Below are positions 38,617 to 48,199 of a stretch of 64,000 bases of DNA, piece by piece. The number at the start of each line of letters is the position of its first letter. Position 1 is the first letter of the stretch. The position numbers and the translations under genes are program-made. This DNA is from Polyangium sp. (GTDB taxonomy: Bacteria; Myxococcota_A; Polyangia; Polyangiales; Polyangiaceae): positions 6,596-70,595 of the forward strand of contig JBGAOI010000001.1 of assembly GCA_044221885.1 (NCBI GenBank), given 5' to 3'. The notes beneath the pieces were generated by a model that searched no databases, was not told the DNA's origin, and saw only the letters and a list, made by a program, of their open reading frames with translations.

Positions 38617-39615
38617 ATGAACGTCAATTCCATCGATTTGCGCGCAATGCTCGACTTTCGGCCCCACGAAGGTCGAATCCTCATGGGCGCAGATCGGATG
38701 CTCATCGTTCGCCAGAGTGCATTCGGTGTCTTGCGGTCGTTGTTATTCGAGCGCCTCGGGACGGAAATGACGCAAAGTCTATTGGCGCAATTTGGTTATC
38801 GATGCGGCGGGGATGATTTCCATGCCCTGATGGCCATGTTCGAGTGGGACACGGATATCGATCGCATCGCTTCAGGTCCAGCCATGCACTCTTGGGAAGG
38901 AGTTGTCCTCGCCAAACCAGATCATCTGGAATATGATCGAGCGGCGGGCACTTTTTCCATGTTCGGTTCCTGGGAAAATTCTTATGAAGCCGAGATTCAT
39001 CGCGAAAATTTAGGGAAAAGCACGGAACCCGTGTGTTATACGCTCGCCGGCTACGCATCGGGTTATGGTACGGCATTCATGGGCATACCATTGCTTTGCG
39101 TGGAGACGCAATGTATGGCCACGGGCGCTGACAAATGCCGCTGGGAAATACGTCCCACACAAGAATGGGATGACCGCGCATTGCCGTACAAACGCGCCCT
39201 CGATTCCACGTCGCACACAATTCAAAAGGATCTCGAGCAGTCACTCGCTCATTTGTCGACACCCATCATTCGCGTTTGGGATGGTGTGCTGGCCGTGCCG
39301 CTCATTGGAACCATCGATGTTCGTCGCACCGATATCATGATGGATACCGTCCTCGGCGAAGTCGCGCGAAACGCAACAAAGGTCGTGATTCTGGACGCAA
39401 CCGGAATCGATGCCGTCGACGACGCCACGGCAGATGGCATTCTTCGGCTCGTTTCCGCAGTGAAGCTTCTCGGCGCCGAATGCCACCTGTCGGGTATTCG
39501 CGGCGATGTTGCCCGTACATTGGCAACCACATCACTCGATTTGACGAAGCTGCGCACCTTTGCGACCCTGAAGCAAGCATTGCAAAGTATTTTGTCGAAA
39601 TACGCAGTTCGCTGA
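38617..39615 (+). CDS. XylR-N/V4R sensor fused to a STAS (RsbR-like) domain
   Basis: SYEAEIH...C..LAGYASG...ETQC...G...C; STAS: STPIIRVWDGVLAVPLIG...DATG. Confidence 0.85.
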   Translation: MNVNSIDLRAMLDFRPHEGRILMGADRMLIVRQSAFGVLRSLLFERLGTEMTQSLLAQFGYRCGGDDFHALMAMFEWDTDIDRIASGPAMHSWEGVVLAKPDHLEYDRAAGTFSMFGSWENSYEAEIHRENLGKSTEPVCYTLAGYASGYGTAFMGIPLLCVETQCMATGADKCRWEIRPTQEWDDRALPYKRALDSTSHTIQKDLEQSLAHLSTPIIRVWDGVLAVPLIGTIDVRRTDIMMDTVLGEVARNATKVVILDATGIDAVDDATADGILRLVSAVKLLGAECHLSGIRGDVARTLATTSLDLTKLRTFATLKQALQSILSKYAVR

Positions 39616-39617
39616 TT

Positions 39618-42600
39618 TCAAACCTTAAGCAAAAACGCGTCGCACTTTTCCCCTGTCGCCGCCGCAATGGCCTGCGCGTAGAGCAAAACCTGGCGCGAAT
39701 ACATCGCCTTGTACCGCTGAATCACACGATCCGTTTTGAAATCCACCACGGTCCAGCCAAGTTCGTCCCGGAATGCCAAATCGACGATACCTTCCACGAG
39801 GGTACCATCGTCCGCCATCAAACTCACCGGCGTTTCTCGACGACATTCCCCGCGCAATTCAGCTTCACGTGCCCGCAAAAGCAACGGGTGATCGAGCGCG
39901 GCGCGCACAGCCCGCGCAGTTGCCTTGGCCTCGTGGTCCGTCGCGCCAAACAATTTTGCGGAAAGAAACGCAACAGCTTCGATGGTGGATTCATCCGCAG
40001 AGAGCGGCACTTGCGCCAACGTCGCATGTACCATTTCGCCAAATCGCGTACCACCTGGACGATCTCCGTCGCGCGGCACCTCGAGAATCGGGACGTCCAG
40101 CGGTTCGTCCACGAACACTTCAGCACGTTCCGTCACCGTTTGCAGAACATGCCGGGGTTTTGCCGCGCGTTCACGATCGGCAGGTTTTTCCCGGGCCCAT
40201 GTTCGATACCGTTCGAGGTCCTCTTCGACCGCGCCGACCGGTGCGTCTTTCCGTAAAAGGTCCTCACGCCGTACCCCAAACGCCGGCTCGCGCTCGATAT
40301 CGAGCAATCGTGCGTCCCACCAAACCACTTCAAACGAATCGCCCGCCATTACGCGTTCTGGCAAACGATATCGACCAGGACGAACCGTTTTTTCCGACGG
40401 ACCCATACCTACGGGACGACTCAGGACCGTATCTTCACCAAAAGCCGGACATCCTGGCGCTGGTTCGGTAGATGGCGCCAAGCCCGGACTTGGAGCGACG
40501 ACGCGGTGAATAGGGCCCACCCACGACGCGGCCGGAAATTGCGGTTCATCGCCAACCGTCGGAACAATGATCAAGTCGCGCGCCCGTGTGGCCGCAACAT
40601 AAACGAGACGAACCCCTTCCGCTTCGTCGCGCTTGGCCTCCAATTCTTCATTTTCCACAAGGTCCCACGGCGCCAAACCGCCAAGGCGCAATGCACATAG
40701 TCCTCGCGCAGAATCCACGAATCGATTCGTCGCTTGCGCGCCCAAACGTGCCGTGACATCCGCCAATACAACAATTGGAAATTCGAGCCCTTTGGCCCGG
40801 TGTGCCGTCATGATGCGAACGCCATCGCCACCTTCTTCCAAAACTGGCGCTTCCGGTGATCGCCCTCGTGCCGCGTCTTCCTCCAATTGCTCGACGAATG
40901 CCCGAAACGACGTTCCACCCGAAGCCTCGAATGCTCGGCCCATTTCTGCCAAATGCAAGACATTCGCCAGGGCGCGTTCGCCCGAGGGGCGCAGGGCAAA
41001 CCCCACATGAGCTCGCGTGGCATCGCACAAGGCAGTCACTGTTCCTTCAATGGGCTGCGTATTTCGTTCTTCAGACAAACGATTCAGCAACGTCAATGCT
41101 GCTTTGATGGGCGCAAAATGCGGTGATTGAAGGTTGCCCGGAATCTGCTTCGGATTCAATTTCCCATGCACGTGACGATATTCGAGTAATGCTTCGTCAC
41201 CAATGGCAAACAAGGCCCCACGCAACGTCGCAAAGACGGCCAGCTCATCATCCGGCCGTTCGATCGCTCGTAATGCAGCAAGCAAGGTTTCCACCTCCTC
41301 CCGCGCAAAAAAGGATTTTCCACCCACGAGCACATGCGGAATGCCCCGCGCATCCAATGCCTCGACGTACGTACGCGTCACATCCTCGCCGTGGCTTTCA
41401 AAACGTCGGAACAACAAACACACATGCCGCGGGGCAATGGGAACTTGTTCGTCTCGACGATCGCGCTCCGTGACTTTCCAGCCGCTTTCGTGAATCAACC
41501 AATCGATGAATGCGCCGACGGCATGGGGCGTGCTTTGTTCAACAGCGGCGACGGTCAAACGTTGTTTGCCATGAGGTTCAGGAATGGGCAAAGCAATGAT
41601 GGCCGGTTGGTGAGGGTTGGGTTTTCGAGCTGGCAGAAGCGGCGAATAACGAGCTTCGAGCGCGTTCGGGTCCCCGGTCATGACCGGGGCAAAGGCATGA
41701 TTGACCAATTGCTGAATGGCGGGTACAGCGCGAAAACTCGTCGCCAATTCCACGAATCGTGCGCCGCGCCGGAGAAGCAACTGTTTGACTTCTTCATAAA
41801 TCGACAAATCGGCGCGACGAAATCGGTAAATGGCTTGTTTGGGATCCCCAACGAGGAACAATTTTCCAGGAATTGGTTTTACATCACGGTACGAATGAAC
41901 CAATGGATCATCTGCGGCCAGAAGCAGAAGAATTTCAGCTTGCAACGGGTCGGTGTCTTGAAATTCGTCCACGAAAATATAGCGATAACGCGATTGAAAC
42001 GCGCGACGAACTTCGGGCACGTCGCGCACGAGGTCCCGCGCACGCATGAGCAAATCGTCGAAATCGAGTCCACCTGTGGCGCCTTTTCGTTTTTGATAGG
42101 CATCTAGCAACGCTTCGAGTTCGATTTGCAAAAGTGCGGCGAGATCCGCATCGGCGGCAACTTGAAATTCCTCCAATGCTTTCGCCATTGTCGCTTGGGC
42201 TTGGAGCATTTCTTTGCGGGTCGAGGTTTTGCTATACCGGGTTCCCGACCCGCGCCGTGGGCGCATGAAATCCCGTTGTTTGGCCAGGCCACACAAGTCT
42301 GCTTCGATTTCATCCAGGTCGTTGGCGGCAATTCCACCGGTTTTGCGCAATCGACTCACGAAAGCTCGGGCAGGTGCGGTATCCCGATACAATGGATCGT
42401 GCGAGACAAACGCGTGTTCACTTTTATCCGCAAATGTTTCGAGATGTTCGACGATGTCGACGATCGCCTGAAGACGGTCGAAATGAGGCCTGCGCCAACG
42501 CGTCGTAAAGTGCCGCCACGCAATGAGTTCACTTCCGGCTCGGCGTAATCGCTCAATGGCACCTGGACCGTGGTCACGACGACGGAGCAAGCGGCGGACA

Positions 42601-43097
42601 CCTTCCGTCGGCGAACGCAGAATATCGTCCAAATACCGAGCAAACGCTTCCCCGTAACGCCGTTCGGCTTCGGCTTCCGTCATGACTCGAAATGCTGGAT
42701 CCACGCCCGCTTCCACGGGTCTTTCGCGCAAAAGATCCGCACAAAATCCATGAATCGTGCTGATACGCGCTTCTTCCAAGTGCGCAAGTGCTCGTTCCAA
42801 ATGACTTCGTTCAATGTCATTTTCCGACAAACGTCGGGCACGTTCGATTCCGCCACGCAAACGTAATGCCAATTCACCGGCCGCTTTTTCTGTAAATGTC
42901 ACGGCCACGATTTCTTCGACTTCTGCTCGCCCCTCCGCCAATACCGATACCATTCGATACACGAGTTCGGTCGTTTTTCCCGTACCCGCAGCGGCTTCGA
43001 CGACCATGGTTTCATCCAGCGCCGTTCGAATGAGACGTCGGGCTTCCGCATCTGCAAGCGGCGCACTCAAATCGAAATCCAATGCGTCGTTACTCAC
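39618..43097 (-). CDS. addA: ATP-dependent helicase/nuclease subunit A
   Basis: EAAAGTGKT, VTFTEKAA, TIHGFC, VDEFQDT, VGDPKQAIYRFR, KGLEF, YVAATRA; C-terminal GIVDL...DFKTD nuclease. Confidence 0.9.
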   Translation of the reverse strand: MSNDALDFDLSAPLADAEARRLIRTALDETMVVEAAAGTGKTTELVYRMVSVLAEGRAEVEEIVAVTFTEKAAGELALRLRGGIERARRLSENDIERSHLERALAHLEEARISTIHGFCADLLRERPVEAGVDPAFRVMTEAEAERRYGEAFARYLDDILRSPTEGVRRLLRRRDHGPGAIERLRRAGSELIAWRHFTTRWRRPHFDRLQAIVDIVEHLETFADKSEHAFVSHDPLYRDTAPARAFVSRLRKTGGIAANDLDEIEADLCGLAKQRDFMRPRRGSGTRYSKTSTRKEMLQAQATMAKALEEFQVAADADLAALLQIELEALLDAYQKRKGATGGLDFDDLLMRARDLVRDVPEVRRAFQSRYRYIFVDEFQDTDPLQAEILLLLAADDPLVHSYRDVKPIPGKLFLVGDPKQAIYRFRRADLSIYEEVKQLLLRRGARFVELATSFRAVPAIQQLVNHAFAPVMTGDPNALEARYSPLLPARKPNPHQPAIIALPIPEPHGKQRLTVAAVEQSTPHAVGAFIDWLIHESGWKVTERDRRDEQVPIAPRHVCLLFRRFESHGEDVTRTYVEALDARGIPHVLVGGKSFFAREEVETLLAALRAIERPDDELAVFATLRGALFAIGDEALLEYRHVHGKLNPKQIPGNLQSPHFAPIKAALTLLNRLSEERNTQPIEGTVTALCDATRAHVGFALRPSGERALANVLHLAEMGRAFEASGGTSFRAFVEQLEEDAARGRSPEAPVLEEGGDGVRIMTAHRAKGLEFPIVVLADVTARLGAQATNRFVDSARGLCALRLGGLAPWDLVENEELEAKRDEAEGVRLVYVAATRARDLIIVPTVGDEPQFPAASWVGPIHRVVAPSPGLAPSTEPAPGCPAFGEDTVLSRPVGMGPSEKTVRPGRYRLPERVMAGDSFEVVWWDARLLDIEREPAFGVRREDLLRKDAPVGAVEEDLERYRTWAREKPADRERAAKPRHVLQTVTERAEVFVDEPLDVPILEVPRDGDRPGGTRFGEMVHATLAQVPLSADESTIEAVAFLSAKLFGATDHEAKATARAVRAALDHPLLLRAREAELRGECRRETPVSLMADDGTLVEGIVDLAFRDELGWTVVDFKTDRVIQRYKAMYSRQVLLYAQAIAAATGEKCDAFLLKV

Positions 43098-46000
43098 GGT
43101 TCACTCCGCAATGCGCGCAGCCGCGAAAACATCACACCCTCATCAAGCGTATTTTCGTCTTTGCGCAGCGCCCGTCGCTCTTCGTGAGGACCGCAAACAA
43201 GGCGATAACCACAATTTTCACAGGCATTTTCCCGTGGTGCTGCTGGGAAAAACCCTTTTTCGATCGCGGCGTCAACCAAGTCGAGCACGCGTTTCGCACT
43301 GGCCCGAGCTCGTGCATCGAGCGTTATGACATGCTCCGAATTTCCACCACGCTGGGTACAGAAAGACAAACGAGCGTCAACGACGCGCTCGTTCCAGATC
43401 GCCTCGAGCGCAAGCGCATACAACACCGGCTGCAACACCTCGCCTCCCCCGATCACCATCGCCGGTTTCGCGAAACTCGTCCCCGTTTTGATGTCCGTCA
43501 CGCGACACAAACTCGTCGTGACATGACGCTCCACGATGTCGATCGCGCCGTGGAGCAAATACCCGTCCTCGAACACCGCGGCTTCGGCAACGCTCCGCGG
43601 ATCTTCGTGCTCGTGCCGAGGAAGACCGAACGACAAGTCATATCGTATGGGCTCCAATGAATTGCGCTCTTCGATCAGTTGTCCGATCCAAGCGTGCATC
43701 TCGACCCGAATGCGGCGAATTTCATCCCAAAAAACACTGGAAACCGTGGGCAACACCCGTTCTTCGTGATCGCGCGCCGCCTTGTCGAGGCACGCGTCGA
43801 GGATCTCCAGTGCGCGTGTTTGACCTTCCAAACGAATCGGCAACAGTTGTTCTTGCTCGAGGCGTGCGAGTGTCGTGGCTTGCACGCGATGGAACAGTAC
43901 GCCACGCGTAATGGGGTCGAGACGATCCGCCGTTGGACGCCGTTCTCGCGCCGGGATCTTGTGAATCGCCGCGAGAAGAAATCGATACGGGCAAGCAGCG
44001 AATTTTTCGATCGCGGTCACAGCAAACGAACGCGTGCGTAATCGATTTGCTGCGAAAACTCCTGCTGTGCCTGCGGTTATTCGCACGATGCCATCGTGAT
44101 GCGAGTAGTTGCGATCCCACCGAGCGGCGCGCGTACGTAACGACCGCGCAAGATGGGGATTCAAGTCGAGCAGGTACTGCGCACGGCCAGCAGCAGCGGC
44201 GTCGCTCGGCGCATGGAGCAGAAGGCCCAACATCGCCAAGTCATGCTCGGCGTCGTCGATCGCATCTTCCGGCAATGTCGGCGCGGGCCAAGCAAGGCGA
44301 GCCCCTGAAGCTTCAGCAGCATCGCGTTCGAGCGTGTCGTGATCCGGCAACACGCCGGTCGTCGCGCGACGCACGTCGAGCCCATAAAACGAAGGCATTC
44401 GTGGACGTCCTGCCGTCACTTCCACACGTGGGTACGACAGATGAACTCGGTCCCGGGCTGCTCCAACCGCGAGCCGCAAGAGCAAGCGTTCGTATTGCCC
44501 GCGATCGGTTTGAGTCCATAACGATTTGCTGATGGCTCGCCGATCGGCATCCAACAGGATCGGGTCTTCTCGAGGAGCTTCTGGAAAAAGCCGCTCGGCA
44601 AGTCCTGGAACGAAAACCACCGCAAACGAACGGGCGCGTGCCAAATCGGGCGTCCCGACAAACACTTCACCGTAGCGCCGTCGCGAGGGGTCGACATTTT
44701 TGACTCCCAAACGCCCCTCGAGAACGTGCCGCACGTCATCAAACGCGATGTCTTCCACATCTGCCAAAGGATCCAGCTCGGTGAATGCCGTAATCACATG
44801 CGTAGGATCCTCGAGCGCCATGGTCGCGAGATGCCCAAGTTCTTCGAGCCAAACCTTCCACGTTGTTCGTTGTGGAAGCGCGGCGAGAGCATCGATGAGC
44901 GGAAGTGCGAAGTTCGAAAGCTCTGCAAGTGCGACAATTTCCCGATCGATGGTCGCAATCCGCGGTGATTCTGGATCGGTTTGGCGGAGCTGATTCCGTT
45001 CACGTTCGAACGATTGACGCAGTCGCTCGAGACGACGCGGCCAACGGTCCTTGCGCCCGACAATAGAGGCTTCCGCAAGCAATCGCTCCCAGAGAAGCGA
45101 CAACGACAGGGATGCCGTCGTCACCTTGAAAGCAGGCGGTGCGGCGGCGTTCGATCCCCCAGAGGTTTGTCCTTCGAGAAGCGCTCCCCACTTTTCGAAT
45201 CGATCGAGGGGCGGTGATGATTCGTTTGTACGCAAAACTTCGTCGCGTGAAGACGGAGCGAGAGAGAGGAACTCGGCAAAACGCTTGGAGGAGAAGTCTT
45301 CGGCGCGACATGCGAGCAAGGCCAGAAAAGCGCGTCCCGACGGTTCTGGCCGAGACGAACCGAATGCGAAGTGGGCTGGGATTTTCGCACGCGTAAACGC
45401 GCTCTCGAGCAAGCCTGCATAGGCTTCGGGGGCGCGAAGAAAAACCGCCATGTCATCGAATCGAACGCCCCGACGAGCCTCGACGAGGATACGGCGGGCG
45501 ATTTCCACGCACTCACGCCGCTCTCCTGGTGCCGAGAAAAACGCGACATCGTCCGTGGATTCGGCTGGTTGCACTTCTTCGGCAAACACGTAGCGACAAA
45601 GTCGAGCGAGCGCCGAGGAAGGTTCGTCCTGGAATACCGGCACACGCTCGTGCGGAAGAGAGGTCAACGTCCGTTCAGCACGAGCTTCACCCATGGGCAC
45701 AGACGCAAACGCTTGTTTGGCATGACGCACGAGGGTCGTGACCAAACGTTCGTCGGCGCGAGACGAGATCGGAACATCGACGAGAACGAGCAAAGATCGC
45801 CGAACGTCAGCGGCATCCGGAACAACCCGCGCTGCGGAGAAAAGAATCTCGGCATGGTCCGCAACGCCTGCACTTTCCAGGTGCTCCTCATACAGAGCGA
45901 GCAAGGTGCGCATGTCACGGCTCCTTGGATCCGAGCCACGAATGGCTTCAGGACGGATGCCATCGGCGCGAAGTTCGGCGAGCGTGACGCCTAGTGTACG

Positions 46001-46351
46001 GGAAAAACTCGGCGTATTTGCTACGGGCGTGAAGTAATCGAGTTTTCGTTGTGCCAGCGCATCGGTGATCGCGCGCGTTATGATCGCGAGGATCGCGAGT
46101 GGTGATGCTGGAGCGAGCCCCCGTTTGGCCAGATCAACGGCGGCAAGACGTGCTGCAAGTCGTCCCAGCGTGAGGCGATGAATGCCAAAGGTCACGCCAC
46201 GCGTCGCTCCCACACGCGCGGCGAGATCCAGTGCAGCTCCACGCGATGCACCGAGGAGCAACACTTCGGCATGCGCAGGAGCCGCGCATAGGAATGTCTC
46301 CGCGGCCGAAAGACGCTCTTCGCTTCGAGGGGAGACAATCAGGCGGAGCAC
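43094..46351 (-). CDS. addB: ATP-dependent nuclease subunit B (PD-(D/E)xK nuclease, Fe-S staple)
   Basis: Inactive helicase-like N-terminus; ACPYRF...GAIDIVE...DIKTG...CENCGYRLVC; coupled to addA; GTG at 46351 inferred. Confidence 0.85.
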   Translation of the reverse strand: MLRLIVSPRSEERLSAAETFLCAAPAHAEVLLLGASRGAALDLAARVGATRGVTFGIHRLTLGRLAARLAAVDLAKRGLAPASPLAILAIITRAITDALAQRKLDYFTPVANTPSFSRTLGVTLAELRADGIRPEAIRGSDPRSRDMRTLLALYEEHLESAGVADHAEILFSAARVVPDAADVRRSLLVLVDVPISSRADERLVTTLVRHAKQAFASVPMGEARAERTLTSLPHERVPVFQDEPSSALARLCRYVFAEEVQPAESTDDVAFFSAPGERRECVEIARRILVEARRGVRFDDMAVFLRAPEAYAGLLESAFTRAKIPAHFAFGSSRPEPSGRAFLALLACRAEDFSSKRFAEFLSLAPSSRDEVLRTNESSPPLDRFEKWGALLEGQTSGGSNAAAPPAFKVTTASLSLSLLWERLLAEASIVGRKDRWPRRLERLRQSFERERNQLRQTDPESPRIATIDREIVALAELSNFALPLIDALAALPQRTTWKVWLEELGHLATMALEDPTHVITAFTELDPLADVEDIAFDDVRHVLEGRLGVKNVDPSRRRYGEVFVGTPDLARARSFAVVFVPGLAERLFPEAPREDPILLDADRRAISKSLWTQTDRGQYERLLLRLAVGAARDRVHLSYPRVEVTAGRPRMPSFYGLDVRRATTGVLPDHDTLERDAAEASGARLAWPAPTLPEDAIDDAEHDLAMLGLLLHAPSDAAAAGRAQYLLDLNPHLARSLRTRAARWDRNYSHHDGIVRITAGTAGVFAANRLRTRSFAVTAIEKFAACPYRFLLAAIHKIPARERRPTADRLDPITRGVLFHRVQATTLARLEQEQLLPIRLEGQTRALEILDACLDKAARDHEERVLPTVSSVFWDEIRRIRVEMHAWIGQLIEERNSLEPIRYDLSFGLPRHEHEDPRSVAEAAVFEDGYLLHGAIDIVERHVTTSLCRVTDIKTGTSFAKPAMVIGGGEVLQPVLYALALEAIWNERVVDARLSFCTQRGGNSEHVITLDARARASAKRVLDLVDAAIEKGFFPAAPRENACENCGYRLVCGPHEERRALRKDENTLDEGVMFSRLRALRSEP

Positions 46352-46588
46352 GCGCCCGTCATGCCTGGGATGGCGGCTGTTGTCGAGGGTTGTTGGTCGT
46401 GGGTTGGATTTGGTTGCGGGCGTTTGTCTTGGAATCTCTGGAGGGATTAAAATTCCATTCTTCATTTTTGCGGTTTGATGGTCGAATTCTTAGCATTCGT
46501 CGAGATTGGGCGGAACGCAGTCGTCCTGAAGGATTGGTGAATTCACGCATTGCTTGACGCCCGCTCGCATTGGCGCTAGCCCATTCCA

Positions 46589-47149
46589 ATGCCCCTCAAA
46601 CACGACCGCGAATCGTTGCTCGCGAGGATCGCTGCTGGAGAATCGCTCGACTTCGTGTTTTTTTGGGGACATCACCCGCTGCCCGATGGCTCGATTGGAC
46701 CAAGCTGCTGTAGTCAATGGTTCGACGCTGGGTTCACGATCGAAAACACACATTACGCAACGGCCGAACATTACATGATGGCCGAGAAAGCGCGTACGTT
46801 CGGAGATGACCTGGCGCTCGGACAAATTCTCGCCGCAACGTCGCCCGAAGAAGTCAAAAAAATTGGCCGACGCGTAAAAAACTTCAATGTCGAAGTGTGG
46901 GCTGAGCGCAGCATCGAAGTGGTTTTACAGGGCAATATCGCCAAGTTCTCTCAAAACAAGCGATTGAATCAATGGTTGCGATCTACAGGTTCTTGCGTGC
47001 TCGTCGAAGCGAGCCCAGAAGACGCCATTTGGGGAATCGGGCTGCATCGTGATGATCCACGCAGCAGGGACCCAAAGGTTTGGCCGGGTAAAAACTTACT
47101 CGGATTTGCCATCATGACGGCCCGCGATCACTTATTCGAGGAGGCATAA
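46589..47149 (+). CDS. NADAR (YbiA-like) family protein
   Basis: FFWGH, SQW, TAEHYMMAEKA, KFSQ, LVEASP.D.IWGIG, GKNLLG. Confidence 0.93.
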   Translation: MPLKHDRESLLARIAAGESLDFVFFWGHHPLPDGSIGPSCCSQWFDAGFTIENTHYATAEHYMMAEKARTFGDDLALGQILAATSPEEVKKIGRRVKNFNVEVWAERSIEVVLQGNIAKFSQNKRLNQWLRSTGSCVLVEASPEDAIWGIGLHRDDPRSRDPKVWPGKNLLGFAIMTARDHLFEEA

Positions 47150-47156
47150 CTCGGCT

Positions 47157-48173
47157 ATGTCGAGCGCCGCAAAACAATTGCGCGTGAGTCTGTTTCTGAT
47201 TCTCGCGCTGGTCGTTGCTGGAACTGTCGGATTGCGGGCGACGGGCGGTCATTCTTGGTTTCAAGCGATTTATCTGACGACGATCATTCTCACGACGGTT
47301 GGAATGGAACCGGTCGGCGAACCGGAAAAACCCGTGGCTCTCGCGCTCATGGTTGGGGGCATTTTTACGACGGTGTACGCAGCCGGAAACCTTGTCGCAT
47401 TCGTCGTCGGAGGCGAAATTCAAAAAAATATGGAACGACGAAAAATTACCCAGCAAATCTCCAAATTGAAGCAGCACCACATCGTCGTGGGTTACGGCCG
47501 CATGGGAAAGGCTCTCTGCGCAACGCTCGAAGAAAAAAAAGTTGCGTTCGTCTTGATTGAACGAAATGCCATGAAGGTTCAAGAAGCCGAACATCGTGGC
47601 TATTTGGTGATTGTTGGTGACGCCGTGGAAGAATCGGCATTCGAGGAAGCCCGGATCAAGTATGCCCGAGCGCTTGCAACGTGTTTGCCCAAGGATGCCG
47701 ACAACGTTTTCGTGACCTTGACCGCACGAGCGATGAATCCTGATTTGACGATTATCTCCCGCGCCGAAGAACCTTCGACACAACCGAAGCTCATTCGCGC
47801 CGGCGCTGATCGCGTCATTTGCCCTCCCGTGCTCAGTGCCACCAAAGTCAGCTCGATGATGCTCAATCCGTCGGACGATCACGGCGAACATGCCACATCG
47901 ATCAAGAAATCGACGGGAATTCGTATCATCGAAATGTCGGTCGACGAATTGCCGGTCCTGATCGACAAACCCTTGGGGACCACGTACGTGCGCACGAAAA
48001 CCGGTATGACCCTCGTCGCCGTGGACCGCGCAGCGCAACGTGAACTCAACCCGACTTCCCTGTTTGTGCCACTGGCGGGCGACAAACTCATCTTCGTCGG
48101 TCCGGACGATGGCGACATCAAATTGCGCGGAAATTATGGTCCGCAGATGCTCGAAATCGAAGAAACTGCTTGA
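47157..48173 (+). CDS. Two-TM ion channel with RCK (TrkA-N/C) domains
   Basis: Pore TTVG, HHIVVGYGRMG, GDA, DADN, AGADRVICP. Confidence 0.88.
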   Translation: MSSAAKQLRVSLFLILALVVAGTVGLRATGGHSWFQAIYLTTIILTTVGMEPVGEPEKPVALALMVGGIFTTVYAAGNLVAFVVGGEIQKNMERRKITQQISKLKQHHIVVGYGRMGKALCATLEEKKVAFVLIERNAMKVQEAEHRGYLVIVGDAVEESAFEEARIKYARALATCLPKDADNVFVTLTARAMNPDLTIISRAEEPSTQPKLIRAGADRVICPPVLSATKVSSMMLNPSDDHGEHATSIKKSTGIRIIEMSVDELPVLIDKPLGTTYVRTKTGMTLVAVDRAAQRELNPTSLFVPLAGDKLIFVGPDDGDIKLRGNYGPQMLEIEETA

Positions 48174-48199
48174 CGTTCGATAACTCGAAAGAATTCGAT

